Shown in pieces: positions 1-12,479 of a stretch of 64,000 nucleotides of DNA. Location of the stretch: positions 992,001 to 1,056,000 of the forward strand of contig LSRY02000021.1 of assembly GCA_001643675.2 (NCBI GenBank), written 5' to 3'. Under the pieces are notes generated by a model. The model saw only the letters and a program-made list of their open reading frames with translations. It had not been told where the DNA came from and did not search any database. Every line of letters begins with the position of its first letter. Positions within the stretch are counted from its first letter, which is position 1. The stretch comes from Monocercomonoides exilis PA203. Taxonomy: Eukaryota; Protista; Preaxostyla. Position numbers and translations under genes: made by a program.

Positions 1-2320
1 CATCAAATGTGCATCCATCATTCAGATGCCAAAAAGAAGAATTGTCTTTCACTCCATCTCCTCCTTTCAAACTCGAAATGGTCAATGAGGCAAAATCTGA
101 GCAAATGATGTTTCTATGAAGAGAAGGATATTTTTCTATATAAGTATTGTTACTCAAAAACTCTCCTTTCTCAATCGTCACTTTACCAGCGGACGCTGAT
201 AATCCACCTGATGAAGCATCAGAAATAATCACATCCTTCATCACCAATGAATAATTCGCTGAATTGCAAGTGATCCATTCCATTTGCATATTTCTTCAAT
301 ATTTTTATTTCTCTCATTTTCACTTTCTTTTGCAGGAACTCCAATATATTGGCATGAATCCATCGAAATTCCCTTTGCATTATTCATATCCATAATGCTT
401 CCTTTATCAAACACGGAATAACAGTTTGAACAAGTGCATTTAGAAAGCATTATTTGAGATGATGATAAAGAAACTGAAAGAACAGAAGCTCCTTCTGAAT
501 TCCTCGAACTATTGTTGAATGAAGAGCTTCCTCCTGAAACACTTACAGAAGTTGAGCTGTCAATCGAAATGATGCAACCTTCTGACAATTTCACTCCATC
601 AGCATCAATTCCATTCGGCACAACACTTCCACACTGCCCAATCTCAACAACATATCTTGTTGATTCAATCTGTTCCAACTTCATGTTTGTCAACGAAATT
701 TGATCCACGCTCAACAGAAAAGAAGACTTATTAAATGAAAGGAATGAGATTGAGCAATTATCAACATGAAGAATTCCATTTTCGATGCTCAACAATGTTG
801 AATTGAGAACAACAAATTCGATGTTTTCTGACTCCACCACAGAAGAAAAATTGACAAATAAAAGAGAAAGCTGTCCATTTGCTTCATAAACAATGGAACT
901 GCCTGAATACAAAAACGACTGGCAAAAATTGAATTTCAATCATTCAATCCGAACTTTCTCTGAGATTGTGACAAGATTTCCCTCATCGGTTATTGTTGAG
1001 TTCAGACACACCAAAGCAGCTGAGGGAGATTGCAATGAGCGAATAGTCACATCAAGAACATCACACTTCCCAATAATTTCTGTTTGCCCCAAGATCAACA
1101 GCTGCGAGTACAGAGATAGAATGATGTGCCGCACTCCAAAGCTCAATAAGTGGCATGGTGTGTCGAATTCTCCACATTGCTTGCTGTCTGCGCGATTGTC
1201 TGCAACTGATGACACAAATATCGTCTCACTCAGATATTTCTCAACCCTCAGGAGCAGATCTTCTTCATCCAGAAAGGAATCTGTTGTGCAGTCCCACATC
1301 GCCAGCTCTTTCACAAATGGTGCTCTGAAATCCAGCAAGAATTGCCCTTCAACTTTTTGTGCATCAATTGAGTGGCATCGAACATACACATCTCTCCCTC
1401 TCAATGCAGAGTTACCTTTGAATGTGAAATTCGACAACACAAAATTCAGAGGCTGCTCAGCTGTCGAGGTGAATTCCAGAAACAGCCACCCACCTCTTCC
1501 GGTTGTTGAACAGAAGCACTCAGAAATCGTGCAAAATGAGCAGTCAAATCTTCCTCTCTCATTCAACACACAAAACATCCCTCCTCCCTTTCCACACCTC
1601 TTTCCACCACATCCCTTCATCGTTGTGTTTCGAATCACCATTTTAAAAGGCTCATCGTTATCATTCCGAATGATGGGAATATTACTGATTGTGTTCTTGG
1701 TGACTTCTTCGAATGAGCTCCATTCAATAACAATATCTTGCTTATCTTCATTTCTCTCTCTGCTCTCTCTTCTTGAACTCTTTGCTATGCACAATCCGCT
1801 TGCTCCATCCAGCTCAATGCTCTTCATCGAAATGTTTTTGATTCTCAAAATCGTTGATGATAGCACAGAAATGACATCTTTTGAAAAGCAACGTGATTGC
1901 ATTGATGCAAATTCCAATAAAACTGCTCCTCCATCTGCTTTGATCATCCCATAGTTCATCATTTCTTCTCCACTCTCTTCATTTTTTGAGAATGAACAGT
2001 CCTTCAGAGTCAATAATCTTTCGCTTGAGCCAACATGCATCAAAACATTCACACCACTTGCGAATGAAGATGGTATCACAAACTGCATCAGTTCGAAAAT
2101 GGCAATTCCATCAGTCTTCATTACTGCTCCTTCTGCTCCTTCAAGCGATGAGATACATTCGAATGAGCACATGCTGCTCTCATCCGATTTTACTGATATT
2201 CCACTCGCATCAATACTTTTCTGCAGATATCCTTTTCCAATGATGTTGATATTCTTTTCATTTTCTTCGGGCAGTCTTGTCAACGAATGATCCATTGACA
2301 GACAAGGATAATCTGAGAAT

Positions 2321-2511
<191 letters not shown>

Positions 2512-4167
2512 TCACATCACAACCTTTGCTGCCAATAAATATCTCTGAGCCAAAAGTTCTCCAAAAATACACCAGCGGGATGGCATTTTCTGTATCACTT
2601 CCATCAAAGCCTCTCATGGAATCCAACGAAATATCTGACAGATGTCCAGATACAAATGGAAGAGAGACATTTGTGATGCTCTTTGTCAAGTTGAATGACT
2701 CAACAAACAGGTCATTTCCATATCTTGCAACATTCGGCTTGTCTTCCTCATAAACAGGGGATGAAATCACAAATGAAGAATACTCATCAATCAGCTTCAG
2801 TGCCATCCCTCCCCCAAACCCAATCTTCCGTTCTTCTGCTGGTGCAGTGCATCCCTTGAATGTGCACGAAATAATATTCATTTGAGTATTCTTTTTCAGC
2901 CGAGCATCAATAGCCCCTCCTCTTCTTTCATCAGCCAGCACTGAGCATCCGTCAAATGAACATTCTTCAATATTTATTTGTGTGTTCCTATATTCATCAT
3001 TGCTATTGTCAATGCTCACACACCCTCCATTTCCAGCTGCTCTTTCCATTTTTGTGAAATTGCTGTTCGTCATATTCATCCACTGAGTGTTCATAAACTC
3101 GGCCTCTGTGCTGCTTCCATGCAATAAGATCAATGGATTTCCACTCAAATTAATTGATGAAACAGATAACGAATCAACAGCCATTTTTCCAGACTCAACT
3201 GACAAGAACAGTAATGTCAAGTCTGATGATAAATATAGAAGAGAAAGATAGCATTGAGATGTGGGAAGTTATGAAGAGGAAGAAGAAATGAAAATGGAGT
3301 GAAGAGGAAGAGAAGGAGGAAAAGAGAACACAAATTTTGATAATTCTGCTTCAACACTTGCTGAAATCATCGTTGAATTGGAAATTGAATTTGAATCAGA
3401 GACTGTCCAGCCACTTTGATCATCATTTCCTCGGATTTCATGTTTCTGTCCAGCAAATGCCAATTCTTCGCTCATCAAAATCATTCCATTCACAACTACT
3501 TTCTTTTCTCCTGTTAATCGTGCGAGTGAGAGCTTCATTGTCAAACAAGGGAATTGGACAATTCCGCAATGAGAATGGTTAGATGCCTCGAAGTTGCTCA
3601 CAAAGATTTCTTCTGGGGTGGGAAGGAGATAGATGCACAGAGGAATGGTCACACTAGCGTTTCCATTCTCATATCCTCTCACCTTGTCAGCAGTATCTGA
3701 CGATGCCGTAACACACGAGATCTTTTGTGATTTTGCAGTCACTTCCAGATTCGGAGAAAGAACAAAGATATCTTTTCCCCACTTAGCCGTGTTTATCCCA
3801 AAGGAAGAAGAGATCAGGAAATTTGGATTTTCATTCAATAGTCGAAGGAGGATTCCTCCGCCAAGTCCATTTGTTGCTGAACAAAAGCATCCATCAAAAG
3901 ATCCGCTTTTCACTTTCACTTCGTTTTCATTCACAATGCACAACATCATCGATCCTCCATTTTCTGAATTTGTGCTTCCACATCCTTCAAAAGTGCTCGA
4001 ATTCAGATTAATGTTTGCTTTGTCATTGGAAAATGACATCACTGTTGCTCCGCTGACTGTTCTTTCAACTCTGTCAAAAGTGAACTCTAAAAGTGTCAAG
4101 GAAATCTCATTTGTTGAAGAAAATGAAAACAAGGAAACTGTGGAGATAGTCTTTGCCCAGTTCACAT

Positions 4168-4407
4168 GGGTGATTCTTTTTGAAAAGTCACAAATATTTA
4201 ATTTACAAATAAATCAAAAATTTCATATTTTGATCAAATTTCGGTTCCCGCTCATGTAACTTTACCAAAGCGGAGTATATAATTTGACAACGCTATTTTA
4301 CACATTCCTGTGAAGTTGTATGAGCGGGAACCGAAATATGATCAAGATATGAAATTTTTGATTTTTTTGAATATTAAACATTTGTGACTTTTCAAAAAGA
4401 ATCACCC
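4168..4407. mobile_element. 240-bp hairpin MITE with GGG termini and 4-bp TSD (ACAT), Sola-like
   Basis: TIRs are gggtgattctttttgaaaagtcacaaa ... tttgtgacttttcaaaaagaatcaccc, with ACAT at 4164-4167 and 4408-4411. Removing the element and one TSD restores the host frame (LINVQNGMFQMEHVNWAKTIS). Confidence 0.93.
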
Positions 4408-6328
4408 ACATGTTCCATCTGAAACATCCCATTCTGAACATTTATCAATTCTGTAGTAAATGCTGTTTCTGAAGATTGCCCATTTCCAGCAGATATGTTC
4501 AGTCTACTAATATGCATCTCTCCCGTTCCAGTAATCTCAAACAGCTTGACCCACGGTTATTCGGATGAAACGAGTCATGCACAAGGACAAAGTCCCTGGC
4601 AGTCAATGTGCCTGTCGAGACCGAAAACAGAGACAAACCTGATTTTTCAGATTCTGTCTGCACAATTGCTGCTAAATCACTTTGGCCGTATATTGTGTAA
4701 GTATTGTCACTGCAGTCTGTGCTTTTGGTCTCTGTAACTGTTCCTGCGAGTATCTCGATATCCTTCACAAAGCTTGGAATCAGCTGAGTGAGGCAGTGGC
4801 TAATTGTGCTGCACGGATGGCCTTTATCTATTCCACATGCATATGTATCTATGGCATTTGGTTGTGTTTCAATCGAAGAAACAAACCTCACAGTTCCAAA
4901 ATCATTGCGAAGCCAATCACTGCGATCAATAATTGAATTGAAATTTGAACTAACTCTGCTTGATGTATTTCTTGTAGAATAGCAACTGGGATCAATGTTG
5001 TTTTCTGAAGAATTTTGAAGAACAAGGTCATGCCCTCCTCCATTACAAGAATTGTTGTGGAAAAAACAGAAATAAAACAAAATTCCCTGATTATTTGCTT
5101 TTATAAGCTCCGAAACAGCGCCTCCTCCACACATTGAATGACAATAGCAAAAAGAACAGTTAGAAATGACTTCTTGATCAGTGCTACTCCAATGTTCAAT
5201 TGCTCCTCCAGTGGATGAGCTTGTATGATTAGCTTTACAAGACTCAAAAAATGAATTGATTATGCAATGTTTCTGTATTTGAGTTTTTACAAAACTGTGA
5301 TCAATTGCCCCAACATCGTTTCCTGAAGAACAGCTACGAAATAAACAATCATCAACCATTGATTGCTTGTTAATATTCTCTGTCATGACTCCGCCGCCCA
5401 CGCTGTCCGTGTTTCCTCGTGCAGAGCATTGAACAAATGTCGAATGGAGGGCATAGGTTCAAACGCGTTCATTTTGCAATTTGCCTTTTTAAACCCTCAA
5501 ATTATAACAAATTAATAGATAATAATTATTTAAAAACTTTTTATGGACCGATTTTTCGAAAAAAATTTTTCTTGTTGAAAAAAATGATTTTTGAAAAATG
5601 ACCCATAAAAACATGAATTTCATTGAAAAATATTCAAATTTAAAAGAAAATGTGATTTTTACGAATCAAAAGTGTTTACATTATTATATACACTTATTTT
5701 ATTTGTTAATTTTATCACAAAAAATATAAATCATAAATAAAAAATTTAATTAAATATCTTTGATCTAACCCACAAGTAAATTATTTATTATATAAAATGT
5801 TGAATATGTTGTTTTGGTTTAAATAGAACCTAAAAGTATGTAATTCGTTCACTTTTATATGTTAATATAAGTATATTATTATATGCGTACTTGTTTTATA
5901 TTGAAAACAGCTTTTATTATCAGTGACACAAACGCATGCATTTTCACTTCCATGTTGTTAAGCTGAAAGACTAAAATTTCAAAATTGGTAGCAATGGAAC
6001 GCAAAAGGTTTTATATAGTTTTTTTCATCAAATAAATATTTGTTTAGCTATTTTCATACGAATTTTTTCTTGTTTTTTGGAATATTAATATTTTTTTGTA
6101 TTAGGCTCGATCATAGCATGCTTAAATAAATCAATGTTGCAAAATTAAACATTACTTACACAAAATAGCTCAATATTGAGAAATAAAAACATGTACTAAA
6201 TAAAAGTTTGGTTTTTTTTACCATTAAAAAAGGAATTGTTTGAATTTGATTTATTTAACTCTAACAGTGAATTTGATGTTGTAATATGTAGAAGCGAGGA
6301 AGAACCATGCCAAACGATGTAGAAATGG

Positions 6329-9300
6329 ATGGAAAACATGGAAAAGGAAAGTGGAATGAAGACAATTCAGATTGAAGGATCAACCATTATAAGAGATTCA
6401 TTCAATGTGTCCAATTATTTAATCAAAAAGGATTCGAAGATGGGAGAAGAGAATGTGAAGGCAATATTGAATTTTGAAAAATCAATTGGAAGCCAACCGG
6501 AATATTTCATGGTGAATGATGATCATCTTGAATTAACCAACATCCAACTTCAACTTGCCTCGGGATTTGAGAACTCAGCCAAAGAAATTGTTTCAAACAA
6601 AGGAGGAGATTTGGTGATAAGTGAATGTTCATTCCATTCAGAAGCAGGAGTGAACAATGGATTTGATTGTGTATTTGTGGATGCAATTGGAGGAAGTGTG
6701 GAAGAGAATGATGGAGGGTCTCACACACAAGATTGGCTTGTTGGATGTTCGGGTCTTCTGACAATGAAGAGACTTTCATTTGTTGTGAAAGGACAGATGA
6801 ATTCAAGAAGAAGTGCATTCATTCACTCAACGTCAACTCTCAGTGTGACGAACTGTTCAGTCTTATTTGAGAGTGGGGCAATGACTGATGGAAAGATAGG
6901 ATACAGCATCATTGATATGGCAGGAGGAGAATTAATTATGAATGGATTTGTGATCGAAGGGTCAGTGACAATGAATGGGAAATCTCCAATAACGCTGACA
7001 AATGGAGCTCAAATGGAGATTTTGAACAGCAGAGTGAGTGGAGTGGAAATGACTGGAGGAAGTGGGAGTGGAGGAGGATGTTTGAATGTGGAGATGAAGG
7101 AAGGAGGAAATGTGAATATTGAAGAAAGCAATTTCTCATCAAGATGCTCAGGTGGAAATGGGATGAAAGGAGGAGGGATGATGATATCAGTGGGGAATGT
7201 GGGGAACTTGGAAATGAAAAATGTGAAATATTCAGGGTGTGAAGTGCCATCAGAGGATAAGGAAGAGAGAGGAAGAGGAATTGGAGGAGGGATATTTGTG
7301 AAGCTGGCAGATGAGATGGGAACATTTGTGATGGAAGGGATGGAATTTGAGGGATGCAATGCCTGGAAAGGGAAGAATATGTTTGCGTCAGGATGGAATC
7401 TGAGAGAAATTGTGAACAAGGAGCACCTGAAATGGGAAATGAATGATGAGGAGTTGGATTTATTGGATGAGTTGTGTGGATGGGAGAGGAAGACGACAGG
7501 AGAGGAGGGGTATGTGATTCCATTGGTTGTGTATTTGTGGGGTAATTGGAGCGGAAATGGGTTTGCTTCGAAAGAGAAAGGAGGAGACTTCAGTGGGTGT
7601 GGATATTCAGAAGCACCATGTTCGTCGATTGATCATCTTGTCTTACTGAGATACGAACCACTTGGAGAAGGGGAATCACACATCAAGATTGTGGGATCAG
7701 GTTCTGTTCAAAAAGCAATATCATTTTTGTTATCATCATCTTCAAAAACTTCAGTTGTATCAATTGAGGGAGAGAAAGAAGGAACAGTTCTGAAAGTGAG
7801 TGAGGGAGGAAGAAACGAAGGCAAAGAAGAAGGAGAAAATAGAGAGGCAATGGTTGCTTCAGAAGTGATCCTCTCATTTGTGAATGTTTCATTTTCTCTC
7901 CCAAATGTGCTTGTCCACTATCTGGCATTCCTCAAATCATCATCAATGAATGGTGCCCTTTCTGTGAAAAGCTGTTCATTTGCTTGTGAGGATCCTTTAA
8001 AAGAAACGTGTTTCTGCTTGGTGAAAGTGGATGGAGGGAGTGTGACAATTGAAGATTGTGCTCTGAAAGAATTCCATTTTTCACAAGGTTTTGTGGAATT
8101 GTCTTCAGATGTGAAAGTGGCAGACGTGATGAATCTGTCAATCACCAACACAAGCATTTCGGGAAGGAGTCTGATTTCGCTCAGTGAATCTGCTCTCTCA
8201 TTAGCAAGCTTATTGAAAGGAGCAACGATGCTGAGAGGCAAAGAGAATGGAGATGGAGTGATGTTGCTGAGCATCAACAGCTCATCATTCACAAGCATCA
8301 CATGCAATGATAGCAGAGCTGCAATTCTGAATGGTGACTCATTTGATGGTGGAATGAAGTGCTGTGTGGAAAAGTGTGTGACGACAAAGTGTCTGAGCGA
8401 GAAGAGCGAAGAGGGAGGATGGATGAAAGTGAGTTTGAGGAGTGGAGGAAGTGAGCTGAAAGTGAGTGGCTGTTCGTTTGGGATGTGCATTTGTTCCACA
8501 GTGAAGGGGAGAGGAGGAGGGCTGATGATTGATGCATCTGGCCTGGGTGAAACACAAGAAGGAACAGAGGATACACCGCCTTTGGGGATAATGATTGAGA
8601 GCACCAGATTCACAATGAATGATGCATTTGTGGGGAAGGATGTGTTCATCCGGTGCAAGTGGATTGAAAAGCAGATCAATGAGAAGCTGTTCTCGCTGGA
8701 CTTCAGCCAGGATGCTCTGAAGTCGAACAACTCGATTTGTGGAAGCGACGAAGAGAAAAGAGATATTGATCTGATCCCGCTGATCACATTCTATTATGGC
8801 CAGCAGGTGTTTGTGGAAGCGAATGGGAGGGATATCAGACAGTGTGGAGAGCAGACGAATCCATGCAAAAGCATCAGCCACGGAGTGCCTCACATTCAAA
8901 AGGGGATCATGAATGTGATTTTTATTGATGGAGAAGGGGACATTGGAGGAGAATGTGTGATTGGAGATTTGAGTGTGAAGTCAATGAAGAAGATGAAGGC
9001 GACAGTCCATTACAATGCAACAATTCAAGAGATGGGAAATGAAGGGGCTGTGATTGTGTTTGTGAATGAGAGTGTGATGGAGAAGTGTTTGTTTGTGTTT
9101 GGAGAGGCATTTGAAGGGGTTGAGGAGAGTGCTTTGAAAGAGAAGGATGGGAGATTGGAGATTTCAGATTGCTTTTTCAGCTCGTCAGCAATGGATCTTG
9201 TGATGAAGAGCATGATTCTTCATGTGGAGAGAGGAGAGATGAAGATGAGCGAAACGTTGTTCAGTGGAATTCATTCAGCTGTGCAACTTCTGTCATTCTG

Positions 9301-9547
9301 TGGAGAATCTTGTGTGTCAATTGCTGAGACACGAATATTGAATATCGAGTGTGAGGGAGAAGTTGTGAGAGTTGGGGGAAAAGCGAAGGCAGAGATGAAG
9401 GAAATGAAGTTTGAGAATATGTCAGTGGCTAATGAAGGAAGCGTGATGAAGATGGATGGAGCTGATAGGGGGTTGTGTGTGCTGAACTGTTCCTTTGTGA
9501 AATGCCGGAGCACAATCAAGAGAGGAAGGATGATAAGGATATGTTAG
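6329..9547 (+). CDS. 1072-aa internal fragment of the Cys-rich surface/receptor-like family (transposon cargo, copy 1)
   Basis: Uninterrupted ORF with CGYSEAPC, CGEQTNPC, GRGGG and GKDVF motifs. Homology continues past both ends (CRSEEEPCQTM* upstream; degenerate to ~9740). No signal peptide or TM segment is evident. Confidence 0.7.
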   Translation: MENMEKESGMKTIQIEGSTIIRDSFNVSNYLIKKDSKMGEENVKAILNFEKSIGSQPEYFMVNDDHLELTNIQLQLASGFENSAKEIVSNKGGDLVISECSFHSEAGVNNGFDCVFVDAIGGSVEENDGGSHTQDWLVGCSGLLTMKRLSFVVKGQMNSRRSAFIHSTSTLSVTNCSVLFESGAMTDGKIGYSIIDMAGGELIMNGFVIEGSVTMNGKSPITLTNGAQMEILNSRVSGVEMTGGSGSGGGCLNVEMKEGGNVNIEESNFSSRCSGGNGMKGGGMMISVGNVGNLEMKNVKYSGCEVPSEDKEERGRGIGGGIFVKLADEMGTFVMEGMEFEGCNAWKGKNMFASGWNLREIVNKEHLKWEMNDEELDLLDELCGWERKTTGEEGYVIPLVVYLWGNWSGNGFASKEKGGDFSGCGYSEAPCSSIDHLVLLRYEPLGEGESHIKIVGSGSVQKAISFLLSSSSKTSVVSIEGEKEGTVLKVSEGGRNEGKEEGENREAMVASEVILSFVNVSFSLPNVLVHYLAFLKSSSMNGALSVKSCSFACEDPLKETCFCLVKVDGGSVTIEDCALKEFHFSQGFVELSSDVKVADVMNLSITNTSISGRSLISLSESALSLASLLKGATMLRGKENGDGVMLLSINSSSFTSITCNDSRAAILNGDSFDGGMKCCVEKCVTTKCLSEKSEEGGWMKVSLRSGGSELKVSGCSFGMCICSTVKGRGGGLMIDASGLGETQEGTEDTPPLGIMIESTRFTMNDAFVGKDVFIRCKWIEKQINEKLFSLDFSQDALKSNNSICGSDEEKRDIDLIPLITFYYGQQVFVEANGRDIRQCGEQTNPCKSISHGVPHIQKGIMNVIFIDGEGDIGGECVIGDLSVKSMKKMKATVHYNATIQEMGNEGAVIVFVNESVMEKCLFVFGEAFEGVEESALKEKDGRLEISDCFFSSSAMDLVMKSMILHVERGEMKMSETLFSGIHSAVQLLSFCGESCVSIAETRILNIECEGEVVRVGGKAKAEMKEMKFENMSVANEGSVMKMDGADRGLCVLNCSFVKCRSTIKRGRMIRIC

Positions 9548-10075
9548 TGCGTGGATGTGCTGATTGGATCGTATGTGTTTGATGGAGAGGAAGGAGATGA
9601 AAAAGAAGGAAAGCATGTAAATGAGGATAAAGGAAGAGATGTACAAATGGGATGGATCTGTTGTGGATGTTGTGAAGAGTTCTGTTTTGATGAAATACAC
9701 AGCAATCTCTAATTCACCAGAAGGTGGAATAACAATGAGTGAAGAAAATATATAGATGAAAGTCATAAACGTTTAAAATTATTTACTGAGACTTTTTCAC
9801 TTTGCAGAAATTACAATTAACATTTTTTCTAATTGTTTATCGCAATACAATAACTTTATTTGATAATTTAAATGATTTCTCATCTAGTATTGTATTATTT
9901 TGAAGACATATAAATTTTTTTAATTATTATATTGAGAAAATAATTAATAGAAGATAAATGTTTTCAATGAAAAATTAATATTTTCAAAGCAGTTTTGATA
10001 TTTGTAACAAAAAATATTCCCATAACTTGATTATCAAAATTTAAATTGAAAAATATTTTATACAAATTCTGTCAC

Positions 10076-11761
10076 ATGGAGACTCAATATAACAAAGAAG
10101 ATATTCAAAAATTAACTTTTTGTGAATTTCTTATTATGTCAAATGGAAATAACAAATTAGCTCTAGATATTTTGTCATCGATGGGATGCATTAAAAAGTC
10201 ATTCAAATGCTGGAAATGCGAAAAAGAGATGAATCTGACAATGAAAAAACCCGAATGCGACTATTACACTTTTTAAATGTTCGTCGTGTGGAAAACTTTA
10301 CAGTTGGAATCATGAATCTTTGTTTATGGATTTCAATTTATCGCCTTACTACGTCATGACACTGTTTTATCACTTTTGGTACAAACATTCTGTGAATGAG
10401 GTTGTGATAAAAACAAAACTATCATAGAACACAGTCTTAAGCTTTTTCAAAAGATTACGTAATATCTGCTGTTATCTTGAAGCGCTTGATACCGAAAAAA
10501 TAGGAAAAAACAGAAAAGTTGAAATGGATGAAACACTGATTCACAAAAGAAAAAATGGGGTGGGAAGAGTTAAAGAACAGCAGTGGCTGTGGGGAGCAGT
10601 TGAAAGAAAAGTGGAAGGAAAGCCGCAAAAATTAAAACTTGAATTTGTACCAGATAGAACAGAAGAAACATTGTTATATTTCATTTAGAAAAACATTGAT
10701 ATATCTTCGGAAATTTACAGTGACAAATGGTCTGCTTATAGTGGAATAAAGCGATGTGGATATACGCATTACAGTATTAATCATTCAGAGCATTTTTCTG
10801 ATCCAGCTGACAAAACAATTCATTCACAAACTATAGAAAGCATGTGGTCGCATTTAAAACATCTTCTCCCAATCAGAGGAAGAACCTATGAGAAAACAAA
10901 AGAATATACCTACGAATTTCAGTACAGATTTAATAATAAAGGAACAGTTCACAGTTTTCTCGATGATATTTCTAAAATAAAAAAAGGGACTTTGATAATT
11001 ACATGGAGTCTTATAATAAATGTGAAATTAAAACGAAAACGGCATTAACAAAAGAAAAAAAGTTCAAATTATCATCATACATTCTGAGAAAAGAAGAAAA
11101 GAAGAAAAAAGATGAAGATGCAACATTATTGGATGAAAACGAGCTTGATGCTTTCTTTAAGGAGAAGAAAAAATTACAAAAAATAGGATCCAAAGTGATT
11201 ACTGAAAAGGGGAAAAGAAGATTAATCGACGAATCTGATGATGAACGCAATGATGCTAAAGATGACATATCAAACGACGATAATCATTCCAATTTATTCG
11301 ATGATAAAGAAGATGAAGAAAAGGAGAGAAATGATAAGGAAAATGAAAATACACAAAACAAAAAACAAGAAAAAAATGATGAATCAGGCTAAAGCAGTGC
11401 CGTCATTCCAAAGCTTCAAAATACTGAGGAAAACAGCGAAATGGATGAAAATGATGAACAAAAAACAGATGACTGTTATGAGGATCTTCTTGAATTTGAT
11501 GTGAATGATTAAAAACCACGGAAAAGAAAAATAAAAAGAAAAAGGTCAAGCAATGGAAGATTTTGCAAAAAAGATGAAAACCAACTTGCATCAAATTTAG
11601 AAAAAGAAACAGAAAGTTTTTGCGAAAAAAAAGAAAATAAAATTAGTGAGATAAAGAAAAAAGAAAAGAAAAAGTTGTTTTCAATAATGAATCAAAAAAC
11701 TTTGAGAAGTCAAACAAATGCATTAAACAAAGGAACGCAACAATTCCCAATTTCACTATAA
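10076..11761 (+). pseudogene. Merlin/IS1595 (ISXO2-like) DDE transposase A, disrupted
   Basis: Zn ribbon CWKC...CSSC; VEMDET, IYSDKWSAY, SQTIESMWS and YEFQYRFN motifs; K/E-rich tail ending QFPISL*. In-frame stops at ~10425, ~10686, 11390 and further downstream. Confidence 0.92.
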
Positions 11762-12479
11762 CAGGCAAAGGTGTATTTATAGCACATTCCCAATCCTTGG
11801 ATATTCTTTAAAACATTGTGATAAATATAAAGTATATTTAATAACAAAACATTTGTATGGACTGGAATTTTGATATTCATTTTGATCCTTGAGAAAAAAC
11901 AATTTTTAAAAATCACCCATAAATCTGAGTAATTTTACAAATTTTTGATAAAAATTGATAATTTTAAAATATCAAGCAGCTGAGAGGTCATTTATTATTA
12001 TATACTCTTATTTTATTTATGATTTTTCAAAAAATAAAACATTTTAAAAATAAATTATAAAATTTTAATATTTTGATCAACCCCACAATTATATTTTTAA
12101 TAACCAAAAAATTAGAATTTGCTTTCTTTCATCAAGAATTGAACCTTCGTTTGCGAACATATAACAAATCATATATATGAATACAGTTTTAAAGTGTGTG
12201 ATGAATAATTATCTATATATCATTCAAATCTTTATGTATTTTGATTATGATTTTTAATATGAAAATTTTTGTGCAGTTTGAGGATGTTTATGTTACACAA
12301 TGATGATCATGAATAAAGAAGCTTTGTTGATGCCATGAAAGTATGAATTTCATATTAATTAACTTATTTATAGAATATTTTTTACGAATTGCGTCATTTA
12401 TTTATTTATTTTTTACTGAATCAATGCAGTATGTTAATTACAAGAAGATATTTATAGAAGCAACAACTACTGCACAAAT

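Noticed and set aside
893-1954. Long antisense ORFs (893-1954, 3633-4259, 7918-8787, 22560-23429 and similar)
   Set aside because: These are shadow frames opposite Cys-rich family coding sequence and have no independent motifs.
4164-4411. MITE acting as an introner (the minus strand creates a GTGGGT donor-like site)
   Set aside because: The matching 3' junction ends in AT rather than AG, and the nearest AG would leave a frameshift.
10420-10690. In-frame TAG/TAA in transposases as a sign of TAR=Gln recoding (known in some oxymonads)
   Set aside because: The stops align with K, N and D in the paralogous transposase rather than Q. TGA stops also occur, and the 1072-codon ORF contains no in-frame TAR.
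10265-10990. Frameshift differences between the two transposase A copies as programmed frameshifting
   Set aside because: Both are single-base homopolymer indels, typical of long-read error or slippage, and both copies share nonsense codons anyway.
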